Assembly: GCA_963820825.1 (NCBI GenBank)
Contig: CAWGBN010000006.1
Coordinates: 224,001-288,000 of the forward strand
DNA length: 64,000 nucleotides
Direction of reading: 5' to 3'
Source: Vulcanimicrobiota bacterium
Lineage (GTDB): Bacteria > Vulcanimicrobiota > Vulcanimicrobiia > Vulcanimicrobiales > Vulcanimicrobiaceae
Below, in pieces: positions 31,396-44,788 of this stretch (position 1 is the stretch's first letter; each line of letters starts with the position of its first letter). Under the pieces are notes generated by a model, which made no database searches, had not been told where the DNA came from, and saw nothing but the letters and a program-made list of their open reading frames with translations. A program made the translations under genes and the position numbers.

Positions 31396-31447
31396 CGAGC
31401 CGCTTCCCCGGCGAGCGCGGTTCCTGCTTGACGGCCGGTGGTACGGT

Positions 31448-31647
31448 AGAGGGGCTCGACTGCGCATAGCGCGCAGCGTGTGCAGGAACCGAACCGACTT
31501 GTTTACCTAGGGAGCATCAGCTCCGGTAACGACGGACCGGCTTGGGTGAAACGCCTGCCGGCCCGGCGCCCGGGCCGCACCCACCTGCGAGAACGCAGGT
31601 TCGATCCTCGCGCGCAAGACGCTATATGCGGTTGAGTATTGCCTTTT
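31448..31647 (+). ncRNA. ssrS: 6S RNA
   Basis: Rod-like fold: 31455-31471 pairs with 31620-31636, CGAACC/GGTTCG, central bubble GACTTGTTTACCTA, GGGAGC/GCACCC, 3' bubble hairpin ACCTGCG-AGAA-CGCAGGT; ~190 nt. Confidence 0.78.
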
Positions 31648-32338
31648 GCCAGCGTTCCAGCGCGGCGGCGAGCCGGCCGATCGTCGCGGAACCCGACGGT
31701 TCGTCGATTGCGAGGTGTCCGCGAAAGCCGGCGAAGACCGCGAGCGTTTTGGCGACCGAGCCGTCGCTCTCGCTCCCCAGATCGCTCCAGAGCAAGACCG
31801 TATTTGGGGCGAGCAGAGCGGGATCGCTCGCCGCGTCGAGCCGTGCCGGCTCGGGACCGAAGCGCAGCCACGCCGAGTCCGCCTCCTTCACGACGCGTTT
31901 GCAATCGTGCGTCGTTGCGGCGAACGTCCCCGGCGCGTTGCGTAACGCGAGGGTCACGTTGCGCCGCTTCGCCAGCGACGTCGCAACGCCGAGGTGCGCG
32001 AGATGCTCGCTCCACGACGTATCGATCTCGCGAGCGAGCGGCGCCGCGACCAGTGGTGCGCCGAGCGCGCCGGCCTGCGCGAGAATTTCGTCCATCCGCT
32101 CGGGCGCCGCCGAGAAGAACGTCGAATCCGCGAGCGCGGCGATCGAGAGCCCGCGGTCGGCGGCCATCTTCTTGACTTGGGCGAGGTAGTCGTCGTCGCT
32201 TCGCGGAAAATGGCGCACGTCTAAGACGACGCCGTCGCAAGCGAGCTCGCGAGCGCACAGGTCTAAGAACTCGAGTTGCGTGAGTTCGCCGCGTTCGATA
32301 TCGCGGTGAAGCGAACTGCTCGCGCAAGCAAGCTTCAT
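31622..32338 (-). CDS. Sugar phosphate isomerase/epimerase-like TIM barrel protein
   Basis: MKLACASSS, GVVLD..HF, LALRN pattern of the AP-endonuclease-2/xylose isomerase fold; metal ligands look degenerate. Confidence 0.6.
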   Translation of the reverse strand: MKLACASSSLHRDIERGELTQLEFLDLCARELACDGVVLDVRHFPRSDDDYLAQVKKMAADRGLSIAALADSTFFSAAPERMDEILAQAGALGAPLVAAPLAREIDTSWSEHLAHLGVATSLAKRRNVTLALRNAPGTFAATTHDCKRVVKEADSAWLRFGPEPARLDAASDPALLAPNTVLLWSDLGSESDGSVAKTLAVFAGFRGHLAIDEPSGSATIGRLAAALERWQKAILNRI

Positions 32339-32394
32339 CGACGTTCGGCCTTCGACCGCTCGACGCAACTCACCCGTAGGATGGCAATGAGATC

Positions 32395-32925
32395 ATGAGA
32401 ATCGCGCTCGGCGCAGATCACGCCGGTTTCGAATATAAGGATCGCATCGGAAGGCTGCTCCGCGATCGGGGTCACGAGGTCCTCGACTTCGGAACGCACG
32501 ATCGGACGCCGGTCGATTACCCGCAATACGGTTACGCGGTCGGCGAGGCGGTCGCGACGGGTCAAGCGGAGCGCGGCATCGTCGTCTGCGGCTCGAGCCT
32601 CGGCATCGCGATGGCCGCAAATAAGGTACCCGGAGTTCGGTGCGCGCCCGTCGCGGAGCCGTACTCGGTCGAGCTGGCGCGCCGTCACAACGACGCGAAC
32701 GTCGTCGCGTTCTCCGAGCGGCTTACCGGCTGGGAGATGATCGAGCGAATGCTCGACGTCTATCTCGAGACGCCGTTCGAGGGCGGCCGTCACGCCGTTC
32801 GCACCGAGCAGCTCTTCGAATTCGGCGACGCGCAGCGCGCGCGCACGCTCAAGGATTTGGAGCGCGGCGAAGTCACCGGCGCGCAGACGCCGAAAGAGCT
32901 TACCGGCAAACCTAGCGAAGGATAA
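32395..32925 (+). CDS. rpiB: Ribose 5-phosphate isomerase B
   Basis: GADHAG, VDYP, CGS..G..MAANKVPGVR, HNDANV, FEGGRH. Confidence 0.95.
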   Translation: MRIALGADHAGFEYKDRIGRLLRDRGHEVLDFGTHDRTPVDYPQYGYAVGEAVATGQAERGIVVCGSSLGIAMAANKVPGVRCAPVAEPYSVELARRHNDANVVAFSERLTGWEMIERMLDVYLETPFEGGRHAVRTEQLFEFGDAQRARTLKDLERGEVTGAQTPKELTGKPSEG

Positions 32926-32928
32926 CGA

Positions 32929-34179
32929 ATGGACATTCTCGCGCGCAGCGCGATCGAAGCGCAAGACCCGCAGATCTTCGCCGCAATCGCCGGTGAGGAG
33001 CGTCGGCAACGAGAGAACCTGGAACTGATCGCCTCGGAGAATTACGCAAGCCGGGCGGTCCGCGAAGCCATGGGCTGCGTGATGACCAACAAGTACGCCG
33101 AAGGCTATCCCGGAAAGCGCTACTACGGCGGCTGCGAATGGGTTGACGTCGCGGAGACGCTCGCAATCGATCGCTGCAAGCAGCTCTTCGTCGGCCGAGC
33201 ACGCGAACGTCCAACCGCACTCCGGCGCGCAGGCGAACATGGCGGTCTTCATGGCGCTTCTGCAGCCCGGCGATACCGTGCTCGGCATGTCGCTCGCGCA
33301 CGGCGGCCACCTCACCCACGGAACGAAGGTGAGCTTCTCCGGCAAGCTGTACAACGCGATCGCGTACGGCGTGAAGCAGGATACCGAGCTGATCGACTTC
33401 GACGAAGTGCGCGCAAAAGCGCTCGAATACCGCCCCAAGCTCATCGTTGCCGGAGCGAGCGCCTATCCGCGGATCATGGAATACCAACCGTTTCGCGAGA
33501 TCGCCGACGAGGTCGGCGCCGCGCTGATGGTCGATTTCGCGCACGTTGCCGGGACTCGTCGCCACCGGCTTGCATCCCTCGCCCGTGCCGCTTGCCGATT
33601 TCGTCACCTCGACGACGCACAAGACACTGCGCGGTCCGCGCGGCGGCATTCGTTCTCTGCACGCAGCAATGGGCGGCGCCCGTCGACAAGAGCGTCTTTC
33701 CCGGCATCCAAGGCGGTCCGCTCATGCACACGATCGCCGCGAAGGCGGTCGGCTTCAACGAAGCGCTGCAGCCCGAGTTTACCGCGTACCAGCGTCAAGT
33801 CGTCGAGAATGCGCGGGCGATGGCCGACGAGTTCGTCAAGGCCGGCTTGCGGCTCGTCGCCGGCGGGACCGATACGCATCTGATGCTGGTCGACGTCTCG
33901 GTAAAGGGACTCACCGGTAAGGCGGTCGAGGCCTACCTCGACGAGATCGGTATCACCGTCAACAAGAACGCGATTCCCTTCGACAAGCAGAAGCCGATGG
34001 TCGCCAGCGGCATCCGCATCGGCACGCCGGCGATCACCTCGCGCGGTCTGGGCGCCGAGGAGTGCCGCGAGATCGCGCGCATCGTCTGCGACGGATTGGC
34101 GGATATCGAGCAGCGCGGCGCGATCGAGCGCTTGCGCGGCCGCGTCCGCGAGCTCACCTCGCGCTTCGACGTGCCCTAA
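32929..34179 (+). CDS. glyA: Serine hydroxymethyltransferase (three indels near 33190, 33550 and 33647)
   Basis: [48 protein letters not shown] and PGIQGGP spread across frames. Confidence 0.95.
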   Translation: MDILARSAIEAQDPQIFAAIAGEERRQRENLELIASENYASRAVREAMGCVMTNKYAEGYPGKRYYGGCEWVDVAETLAIDRCKQLFVGRARERPTALRRAGEHGGLHGASAARRYRARHVARARRPPHPRNEGELLRQAVQRDRVRREAGYRADRLRRSARKSARIPPQAHRCRSERLSADHGIPTVSRDRRRGRRRADGRFRARCRDSSPPACIPRPCRLPISSPRRRTRHCAVRAAAFVLCTQQWAAPVDKSVFPGIQGGPLMHTIAAKAVGFNEALQPEFTAYQRQVVENARAMADEFVKAGLRLVAGGTDTHLMLVDVSVKGLTGKAVEAYLDEIGITVNKNAIPFDKQKPMVASGIRIGTPAITSRGLGAEECREIARIVCDGLADIEQRGAIERLRGRVRELTSRFDVP

Positions 34180-34189
34180 GCCGAAAGCA

Positions 34190-34446
34190 TCACTGCGCCG
34201 CCGGCAGCGGCAGTATTTCGTCGACGGAGAGAGCGACGTCGGGAAACGCAATCGGGGAGATCGATTCGCCGCGGCGGTAGCCTCTGGTCGAGCCGCAGCT
34301 CAACTCGTTTGGCTCCGATGCACGACGATCTCGTCGTCGACGAGGTTGACCGGCCGGACGGGATCGAAGACTCCGGCTTCGACCATTCGATGGTATTCAT
34401 CGATCGTGACGCGATGCCGTTCGTAGATGGTTGCCATATCACTCAT
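34190..34446 (-). pseudogene. Uma2-family (DUF820) endonuclease remnant with internal deletion
   Basis: HRVTIDEYHRMVEAGVF joined directly to VNLVDDEIVVHR*; then in another frame YRRGESISPIAFPDVALSVDEILP; catalytic middle missing. Confidence 0.7.
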
Positions 34447-34487
34447 GGTAGCCTAGCTTTCTCGGATAGCGGCTTCGTCGCCGCGAA

Positions 34488-34994
34488 GTGACCGTCTTGC
34501 TGCCGCCTGAGTACGTTTGCGAAGGTCGGGAAGCCGGTCGCACTAAAGAGCCCGTCATGCGCCCCGGTTGGGACGAATACTTCATGCAGATCGCACGCAC
34601 CGTCGGAACGCGAGCGACGTGTCCGCGCGCCGCGGTCGGTTGCGTGCTCGTCCGCGACCATCGAATCCTAACGACCGGCTACAACGGCGCGCCGCGCGGC
34701 GTCGCGCATTGTACCGAGGTGGGATGCACGCTGGTCAACGAACACTGTCTGCGTGCGACGCACGCCGAGGCGAATGCCGTGGTTCAAGGCGCGCTGCACG
34801 GCGTTAGCCTGCAGCAGGCGACCGCGTATTGCACCCATCAGCCCTGTGTCAACTGCTCGAAGCTGCTCATCAGTGCCGGCGTGAGCAAGATCGTCTACGA
34901 CGAGGCCTATCCCGACGCGATTGCGAGCCAGTTGCTCGCCGAAGCCGGCGTCGCGCTCGTCGCATACGCGACGCTCGAAGGGGCGCGGGGATGA
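34488..34994 (+). CDS. dCMP deaminase / ComEB family (alternative ATG at 34557)
   Basis: WDEYFM, TGYNGAP, HAEANA, PCVNC zinc motif. Confidence 0.9.
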   Translation: MTVLLPPEYVCEGREAGRTKEPVMRPGWDEYFMQIARTVGTRATCPRAAVGCVLVRDHRILTTGYNGAPRGVAHCTEVGCTLVNEHCLRATHAEANAVVQGALHGVSLQQATAYCTHQPCVNCSKLLISAGVSKIVYDEAYPDAIASQLLAEAGVALVAYATLEGARG

Positions 34995-36040
34995 GCGTGC
35001 ATCACGTGAGCCCGAGCATCGTCTATGGCGCGACCTTCGTCATCGCCGGCGTCGTGAGCGGCTTGGCGACGCCGCTCGTCGTTCGTTTGGCGAACCGTCT
35101 GGGAATCGTGGACAACATCGGCGAGGACCGGCGCATGCACGACTCGCCGAAGCCGCGGGTCGGCGGCATCGCGGTCTTCTTCGGCTTTGCCTTCGCGCTC
35201 TTTACGGTGCTCGGCGTGACGCTCGCCTCGGGTTTCGGGCTTCTGCCGGCAACGGATCAGTTCGATGCCGCGCACCGGCTCGTAGGCCTGCTCTTCGGCA
35301 GCCTGCTCATTCTGGGCGTCGGCATCTGGGACGACGTGATGCAGATGCGTCCGCGCAACAAGCTCGTAGCGCAGCTCGTCGTCGCTTTGGTTTCAATGCT
35401 TTACGGCTTCGTCATTCCGGGGATCAACAATCCGTTCGACCACAATCCGGGAACGAACTGGATCGACTTTCCGATCTGGCTCTCGATCCCGGTGACGCTG
35501 CTCTGGTACGTCGGGATGATGAACGCGATCAACTTCCTCGACGGCCTCGACGGGCTGCTCGCAGGCGTATCCGCGATCTCGAGCCTCTTCTTGTTCGTGA
35601 TCTCGATCCTGCACGGCAACCCGGTCGTCGCACTGGTGGTGGTGGCGCTCGCCGGCTCCGCGCTCGGCTTTCTGCCGTATAACTTCAATCCGGCGCGGAT
35701 CATTCTCGGCGATGCCGGCTCGCTCTTCATCGGCTACGTCTTCGCGACCGTCTCGATCATCGGCGCGAGCAAGACCGCGATCGCGATCAGCGTCGTCGTT
35801 CCGCTGCTAGTCTTAGCGTTGCCGGTGCTCGACACCGCCGCCGCGATCGTTCGCCGCGCGAGCAGCGGCAAGCGAATCACCGAAGCCGACCGCGGCCACT
35901 TTCACCATCAGCTCATCTTCCGGTTCGGTCTGAACGTGCGTCAGGCGGTCTTGCTGCTCTACGCCGTCTGCTTCGTGCTCGGTGCGGTCGCGTTGGCCTT
36001 TTCGGGCGAGTTCACGCACGTCTTCCGTCACGCGACGTAG
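34991..36040 (+). CDS. Undecaprenyl-phosphate GlcNAc-1-P transferase (WecA/TagO, MraY family)
   Basis: PRVGGIA, WDD, NAINFLDGLDGL, YNFNPA.I.LGDAG, HFHH. Confidence 0.92.
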   Translation: MSVHHVSPSIVYGATFVIAGVVSGLATPLVVRLANRLGIVDNIGEDRRMHDSPKPRVGGIAVFFGFAFALFTVLGVTLASGFGLLPATDQFDAAHRLVGLLFGSLLILGVGIWDDVMQMRPRNKLVAQLVVALVSMLYGFVIPGINNPFDHNPGTNWIDFPIWLSIPVTLLWYVGMMNAINFLDGLDGLLAGVSAISSLFLFVISILHGNPVVALVVVALAGSALGFLPYNFNPARIILGDAGSLFIGYVFATVSIIGASKTAIAISVVVPLLVLALPVLDTAAAIVRRASSGKRITEADRGHFHHQLIFRFGLNVRQAVLLLYAVCFVLGAVALAFSGEFTHVFRHAT

Positions 36041-36049
36041 CATAGCGCG

Positions 36050-37225
36050 ATGGGCAGATTGAAGGTCATAAGCGTCTTCGGGACGCGTCCCGATACCATC
36101 AAGATGGCGCCCGTGGTTCGGGCGCTGCGCGCGCACCCCGAGATCGACGACCTCGTCTGCGTTACGGCCCAGCATCGAAAAATGCTCGACGACCTGCTCG
36201 CGCTCTTTGGCATCGCGCCGCAGTACGACCTCGACGTGATGAGCGAGGATCAAACGCTGACCGAGGTGACGACTCGCGTGCTGATCGGAATGGAGCGGGT
36301 CTTGATCGAGGCTCGTCCGGAGGTCGTGCTCGTGCACGGCGATACCACGACGAGCACCGCCGCGGCGCTCGCGGCATTCTATCAGCAGATTCCGGCCGGT
36401 CACGTCGAGGCGGGTCTGCGGACGCAGAATCGCTGGCTGCCCTACCCCGAGGAGATGAACCGCCGGCTGACGGCGGCGATTGCGTCGTATCACTTTGCGC
36501 CGACGGCGCTCGCGCGCGAGCACCTGCTGCAGGAGCACGTCGCACCGCAGGACATCGTCATTACCGGCAACACCGTCATCGACGCCTTTGCGGAGACGGC
36601 CGCGCGCTCCGACCTTCCGGTTCCACCGCGATGGAACGACGTCGACCCGCAGCGGCCCGCAATCGTCGTCACCGCACACCGGCGCGAGAACCATCCGTTC
36701 ATGCAAGAGATCTGCGAGGCGCTGCGCGAGATCGCGCAGCTGCCGGCTCGGCCGCAGATCTATTGGCCGGTGCATCCCTCGCCGCGCGTCGCGCCGGTGG
36801 CGCACGCCGTGCTCGACGGAGTTCCCGGCGTCGTCTTGGTCGATCCGATCGATTACGCACAGATGGTCGCCGCCGTCAAGGGTTCGTCGTTCGTCCTCAC
36901 CGATTCGGGCGGGCTTCAAGAGGAGGCGCCCTGTCTCGGTAAACCGGTGCTCGTGATGCGCGACGAAACGGAGCGCCCCGAGGGCCTGGCCGCCGGAACG
37001 CTCGAGCTCGTCGGTCACGAGCGCGAACGGATCGTCGGCGCGGCTCGCCGGCTCCTCGACGACCCCACCGCATACGCGCAGATGGCGCAGGCCGTCAATC
37101 CGTATGGCGACGGTCGTGCCGGCGTGAGGATCGCGGCCTGGCTTGCCGCGCGACTGCGCGGCGGCGCCTACCCGGCACCATTCAGCGGCGAGCAGCCCGC
37201 CGAGAGTGCGCCCGTCGGCCGATGA
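36050..37225 (+). CDS. wecB: UDP-N-acetylglucosamine 2-epimerase (non-hydrolysing)
   Basis: FGTRP..IKMAP, VHGDT, HVEAGLR, PEEMNR, TDSGGLQEEAP, NPYGDG. Confidence 0.95.
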   Translation: MGRLKVISVFGTRPDTIKMAPVVRALRAHPEIDDLVCVTAQHRKMLDDLLALFGIAPQYDLDVMSEDQTLTEVTTRVLIGMERVLIEARPEVVLVHGDTTTSTAAALAAFYQQIPAGHVEAGLRTQNRWLPYPEEMNRRLTAAIASYHFAPTALAREHLLQEHVAPQDIVITGNTVIDAFAETAARSDLPVPPRWNDVDPQRPAIVVTAHRRENHPFMQEICEALREIAQLPARPQIYWPVHPSPRVAPVAHAVLDGVPGVVLVDPIDYAQMVAAVKGSSFVLTDSGGLQEEAPCLGKPVLVMRDETERPEGLAAGTLELVGHERERIVGAARRLLDDPTAYAQMAQAVNPYGDGRAGVRIAAWLAARLRGGAYPAPFSGEQPAESAPVGR

Positions 37226-37407
37226 AGCCGCTGCTGCCGGTCTTGGTCGCGGGCACGACCTTCGCCGGAGCGACGCTGGCCGGGCTCTTCGTCGGAGTCT
37301 GGATCTCCGGGCGCACGGGGCAACCGCTCTGGGTGCTCGGCGGACTCGCCGGCGGCTTGTGCCTGGGCGGCTACGCCGCTTTTCGCTTGCTGATCCAATC
37401 CGTCTAG
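37222..37407 (+). CDS. AtpZ/AtpI-like small membrane protein
   Basis: 61 aa, two Gly-rich TM helices, first gene of the atp cluster. Confidence 0.6.
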   Translation: MKPLLPVLVAGTTFAGATLAGLFVGVWISGRTGQPLWVLGGLAGGLCLGGYAAFRLLIQSV

Positions 37408-37836
37408 TTGCTCGTGCAGGAGGAAAAGGGCGGCGGGCGTAGCTACAGCGTCGCCGAGGCGGCGGCGGATCTCGAGGTTTATCGCAGGCTCAAACGGACC
37501 AGCATGATCGGATCCCTCGCGATCGTGGCCGCAGCGTCGCTCTTGACCGTTCGTTGGCTTCCGCATCCGGCACTCGCACTGGCAGCCGGCGGGCTCGCTG
37601 GAGTGCTCAACGCCCGGCTTACCGCGCGCAGCGGCGAATGGTTACTCGACACCCGCAGCGTGGGGCTCTTCGTCTTAAGTAGTTTCCTGCGAATCGGGGT
37701 CTTCGGTATAGTCCCGGTGGCGTTTGCGGCGCTTGGCCCCTGGTGGTCGATGGCGTGGTACTTCGCCGGTTTTTTTCTCCCGCTGGCGATGTTTGCACTT
37801 GGCGCTGCACGAAATGGGGGGGCCCGTCGAGCGTAG
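37408..37836 (+). CDS. ATP synthase subunit I-like membrane protein
   Basis: 4 TM helices with ..LN.. and LR motifs, immediately upstream of atpB. Confidence 0.65.
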   Translation: MLVQEEKGGGRSYSVAEAAADLEVYRRLKRTSMIGSLAIVAAASLLTVRWLPHPALALAAGGLAGVLNARLTARSGEWLLDTRSVGLFVLSSFLRIGVFGIVPVAFAALGPWWSMAWYFAGFFLPLAMFALGAARNGGARRA

Positions 37837-37875
37837 TTCGATGGGGGCGCACGGTACGACGTACGGAGTGCTATT

Positions 37876-38607
37876 TTGAACGAAAAACTCGGGGAGCACA
37901 TCCTGTGGCACCTTCCGGTGCTCGGTGCCGTGCATGCCGACACGATCGTGACGACGTGGATCGTCATGGCGTTGGCGTTGGCGTTCTTCGCGTGGATCGG
38001 AGCCAGCTATCGTTCGGCGTACCAAACGAAGCGGCAGATCGTTGTCGAAGGCGTCGTCAACTATATCGCCGATCTGGCGACGAGCACGTTAGGGCCGCGC
38101 GGCGAGCCGTTCGTCCCGTTCTTCATAGCCCTTTTCGTCTTCATCTTCTTGCTCAACCAGTTCGGCATGCTGCCGTTCAAGCCGCTCGGACTGCCGTTCG
38201 GCGGATCGCCGACGGCCGATCTCAACACGACGGTGCCTCTGGCGTTGCTGGTCTTCTTCATGACGTGGATCGTCGGATTCCGTTTCAACGGCATCAAACA
38301 GTTCGCGCATTTGGCAAAACCCAATCCGCTGCTGTTGCCGTTCAACCTGCTCGACGAGCTCGTCCGTCCGGTCACGCTGGCCGCGCGGCTGTTCTTCAAC
38401 ATCTTCGTCGGCGAGCTGCTCTTTGTCATCGTAGCGTCGATCGTCGTCGCGCACGTCATGATCGGCCCGGTCAACCTATCGCTGGCGGTAACGATCGTGC
38501 CGTTCTTTATCCAGTTTTTCAACTTCTTCGTCGGTACCGTCCAAGCGTTCGTCTTCACTCTGTTGGCGATCGTCTATCTCTCGCTCGCGATCGGCGAAAG
38601 TCATTAA
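37876..38607 (+). CDS. atpB: F0 ATP synthase subunit a
   Basis: SPTADLN, RPVTLAARLFFNI, VQAFVF.LL..VY. Confidence 0.95.
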   Translation: MNEKLGEHILWHLPVLGAVHADTIVTTWIVMALALAFFAWIGASYRSAYQTKRQIVVEGVVNYIADLATSTLGPRGEPFVPFFIALFVFIFLLNQFGMLPFKPLGLPFGGSPTADLNTTVPLALLVFFMTWIVGFRFNGIKQFAHLAKPNPLLLPFNLLDELVRPVTLAARLFFNIFVGELLFVIVASIVVAHVMIGPVNLSLAVTIVPFFIQFFNFFVGTVQAFVFTLLAIVYLSLAIGESH

Positions 38608-38622
38608 GGAAAGGTTACGTTC

Positions 38623-38904
38623 TTGACTTCTGAAGCGTTGGTAGCCGCATTTACCTTACTCGCGTTTGGCATCATCGTTGCCGGCGTCGCGTTCGGCTCC
38701 GCAGTGGGCGACGGTATCGTTGCCAGCAAAGCCGTCGAGGCAATTTCCCGTCAACCCGAAGCGCGGCCGAACATCATGACCTTCATGTTTCTGGGCGTCG
38801 GCGTGCTGGAAGCGTTCCCGATCATCGGCTTGGGTCTTGCGTTTTACATGCTGCTGGTCGTGGCAAACGTTCCCGCGATGCTGACGAAGATGGCGGGCCA
38901 CTAA
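38623..38904 (+). CDS. atpE: F0 ATP synthase subunit c
   Basis: RQPEA loop, conserved Glu in VLEAFP. Confidence 0.95.
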   Translation: MTSEALVAAFTLLAFGIIVAGVAFGSAVGDGIVASKAVEAISRQPEARPNIMTFMFLGVGVLEAFPIIGLGLAFYMLLVVANVPAMLTKMAGH

Positions 38905-38911
38905 GCGTTCC

Positions 38912-39343
38912 ATGTTCCTTTCGCTCGACGGCACGTTCTTCGTCCAGCTCTTGAACTTCGCGATTTTCTTCGCGGTGCTCAACGTCGTCTTCTTGCGTCC
39001 GGTGAGCCGGGCGATCGTCAAGCGGCGCGAGTACATCAATAGCGTGGTCGCCGATTACGATACGTATCAAGCGCAGGCAAAAGCCTTACGCGACCAAGAC
39101 GAGCGTCTGCGCGCCGAGGCTCGGCGAGAGGCCGAACAGGCGATTGCGAAGGCACGCGCCGAGGCGTCGAACGAGACGGCCAGACTCGCGGCCGAATATG
39201 CCGGGCGGGTGCAAGCAACGATCGAAGAAGCCCAGCGTGAAGTAGCGCAGGAGCTTGGTGCGGCGCGCGCCGGCGAGGAGCGCATCGTCGCCGCGCTCTC
39301 CGATCTCATGGTCGAGCGCGCCCTCAGCGAGCCCGTACGGTGA
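38912..39343 (+). CDS. F0 ATP synthase subunit b'
   Basis: DGTFFVQLLNF, TM helix plus coiled coil. Confidence 0.85.
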   Translation: MFLSLDGTFFVQLLNFAIFFAVLNVVFLRPVSRAIVKRREYINSVVADYDTYQAQAKALRDQDERLRAEARREAEQAIAKARAEASNETARLAAEYAGRVQATIEEAQREVAQELGAARAGEERIVAALSDLMVERALSEPVR

Positions 39344-39834
39344 GCGAAGCCCGGTTCTACGTCCACGTCGCGTTGTGGAGCCAGGTCGCGGCGTCGATTC
39401 TGTTCGTCGCGGTGCTCGTCTGGTTGTGGGTACGCTTCATTCAACCGGCGATTCTCGCCGCACAAGATCGAGCGAACAAGCAGATCGCCGAAGCCGAGCG
39501 TCATCGAGATGAAGCCAACGCGATGCTCGATTTACTGCAAGGCCAGCTGAGCGGCGCCGCTCGCGACGCCGACGCGATCAAGGATCGCGCCAAGGCCCAA
39601 GCCGAGCGAGAGTACGAGGCTGCCGTCGCCGAAGCCAAGGAGGCCGGCGAGCGTGCTCTAGCGAGCGCGAGCGGAGAGTTGCCCCGCGCCCGCTCCGCGG
39701 CTCGCGAACGGCTGCGCGTCGAGCTGCTCGACAAAGCGCTGGCGCGCGCGCGCAGCGATGCGAAAGGTCGCGTCGACGCCGGTACCAATACGCGATTGGT
39801 CGATCAGTTCTTGGCGTCGCTGGAGCGTCGCTGA
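39340..39834 (+). CDS. atpF: F0 ATP synthase subunit b
   Basis: N-terminal TM helix and Ala-rich coiled coil ending LVDQFL; position before atpH. Confidence 0.8.
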   Translation: MSEARFYVHVALWSQVAASILFVAVLVWLWVRFIQPAILAAQDRANKQIAEAERHRDEANAMLDLLQGQLSGAARDADAIKDRAKAQAEREYEAAVAEAKEAGERALASASGELPRARSAARERLRVELLDKALARARSDAKGRVDAGTNTRLVDQFLASLERR

Positions 39835-40376
39835 TGGTAAACGAAACGCTCGCGCGCCGCTACGCCGCCGCGATTTTTTCGCTGGCGACCGAACAGAACG
39901 CCGTCGACCGGATCGGTACCGACTTGCAAGCGATTGCGTCGTCGATCGAGGGCGATGCCCTGGCGCATCAGTTCTTCGTAGCCCCGGTCATCGCGCGCGA
40001 GACCAAGGAACGGGTTCTCACCGCCGCTTTCGGAAGCCGCGTTCACGAAGTAGCGCTGCACGCCGTTCTGCTCCTGGTCCGCAAGCGCCGCGAAACGCTG
40101 TTGCCGACGATCGTCTCGGAGTACCGGAAGCTGCAGCTCGCGTCGCGCGGCGCCGAGGTGCTGACGCTGACGTCGGCACGCGAGCTGGATTTGCGCGAAC
40201 TGCGCTCGATGGTCGAGCGCTTGGAAAAGTTGTACGACAAAAAGTTCGAAGTCAAGCAGGTCGTCGATCCCGAGTTGATCGGCGGCGTGCGCATTTTGAT
40301 GGGTGACCGTCGCGTCGACGGTACGGTCTCGGGCCGTTTAGAGGCTCTCGCTAGAACGCTATTCGCCACCAACTAG
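39834..40376 (+). CDS. atpH: F1 ATP synthase subunit delta
   Basis: [14 protein letters not shown]...GD..VDGTV. Confidence 0.95.
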   Translation: MVNETLARRYAAAIFSLATEQNAVDRIGTDLQAIASSIEGDALAHQFFVAPVIARETKERVLTAAFGSRVHEVALHAVLLLVRKRRETLLPTIVSEYRKLQLASRGAEVLTLTSARELDLRELRSMVERLEKLYDKKFEVKQVVDPELIGGVRILMGDRRVDGTVSGRLEALARTLFATN

Positions 40377-40386
40377 GACGAAACGA

Positions 40387-41890
<1,504 letters not shown>

Positions 41891-41891
41891 C

Positions 41892-44732
<2,841 letters not shown>

Positions 44733-44788
44733 CGCGACCGGTCGGCAGTAGGCGAGCGGAGCGCCTACGCGAACGGTAAACGGAGTAT

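Noticed and set aside
31451..31610. GGGGCT start and GGTTCGATCC T-loop-like motif suggesting a tRNA or tmRNA
   Set aside because: No cloverleaf, acceptor stem, CCA end or tag ORF. The region folds as a 6S-like rod.
32345..32372. CCTTCGACCGCTC as a fifth, intergenic copy of the repeat
   Set aside because: It matches only the left half and lacks the CAGG arm, so it is too short to support. It may be a degenerate relic.
44748..44768. GTAGGCG-N7-CGCCTAC hairpin after atpC as a GTAG-type REP or terminator
   Set aside because: Single copy in the window, 7-bp stem and no U tract, so no function can be assigned.
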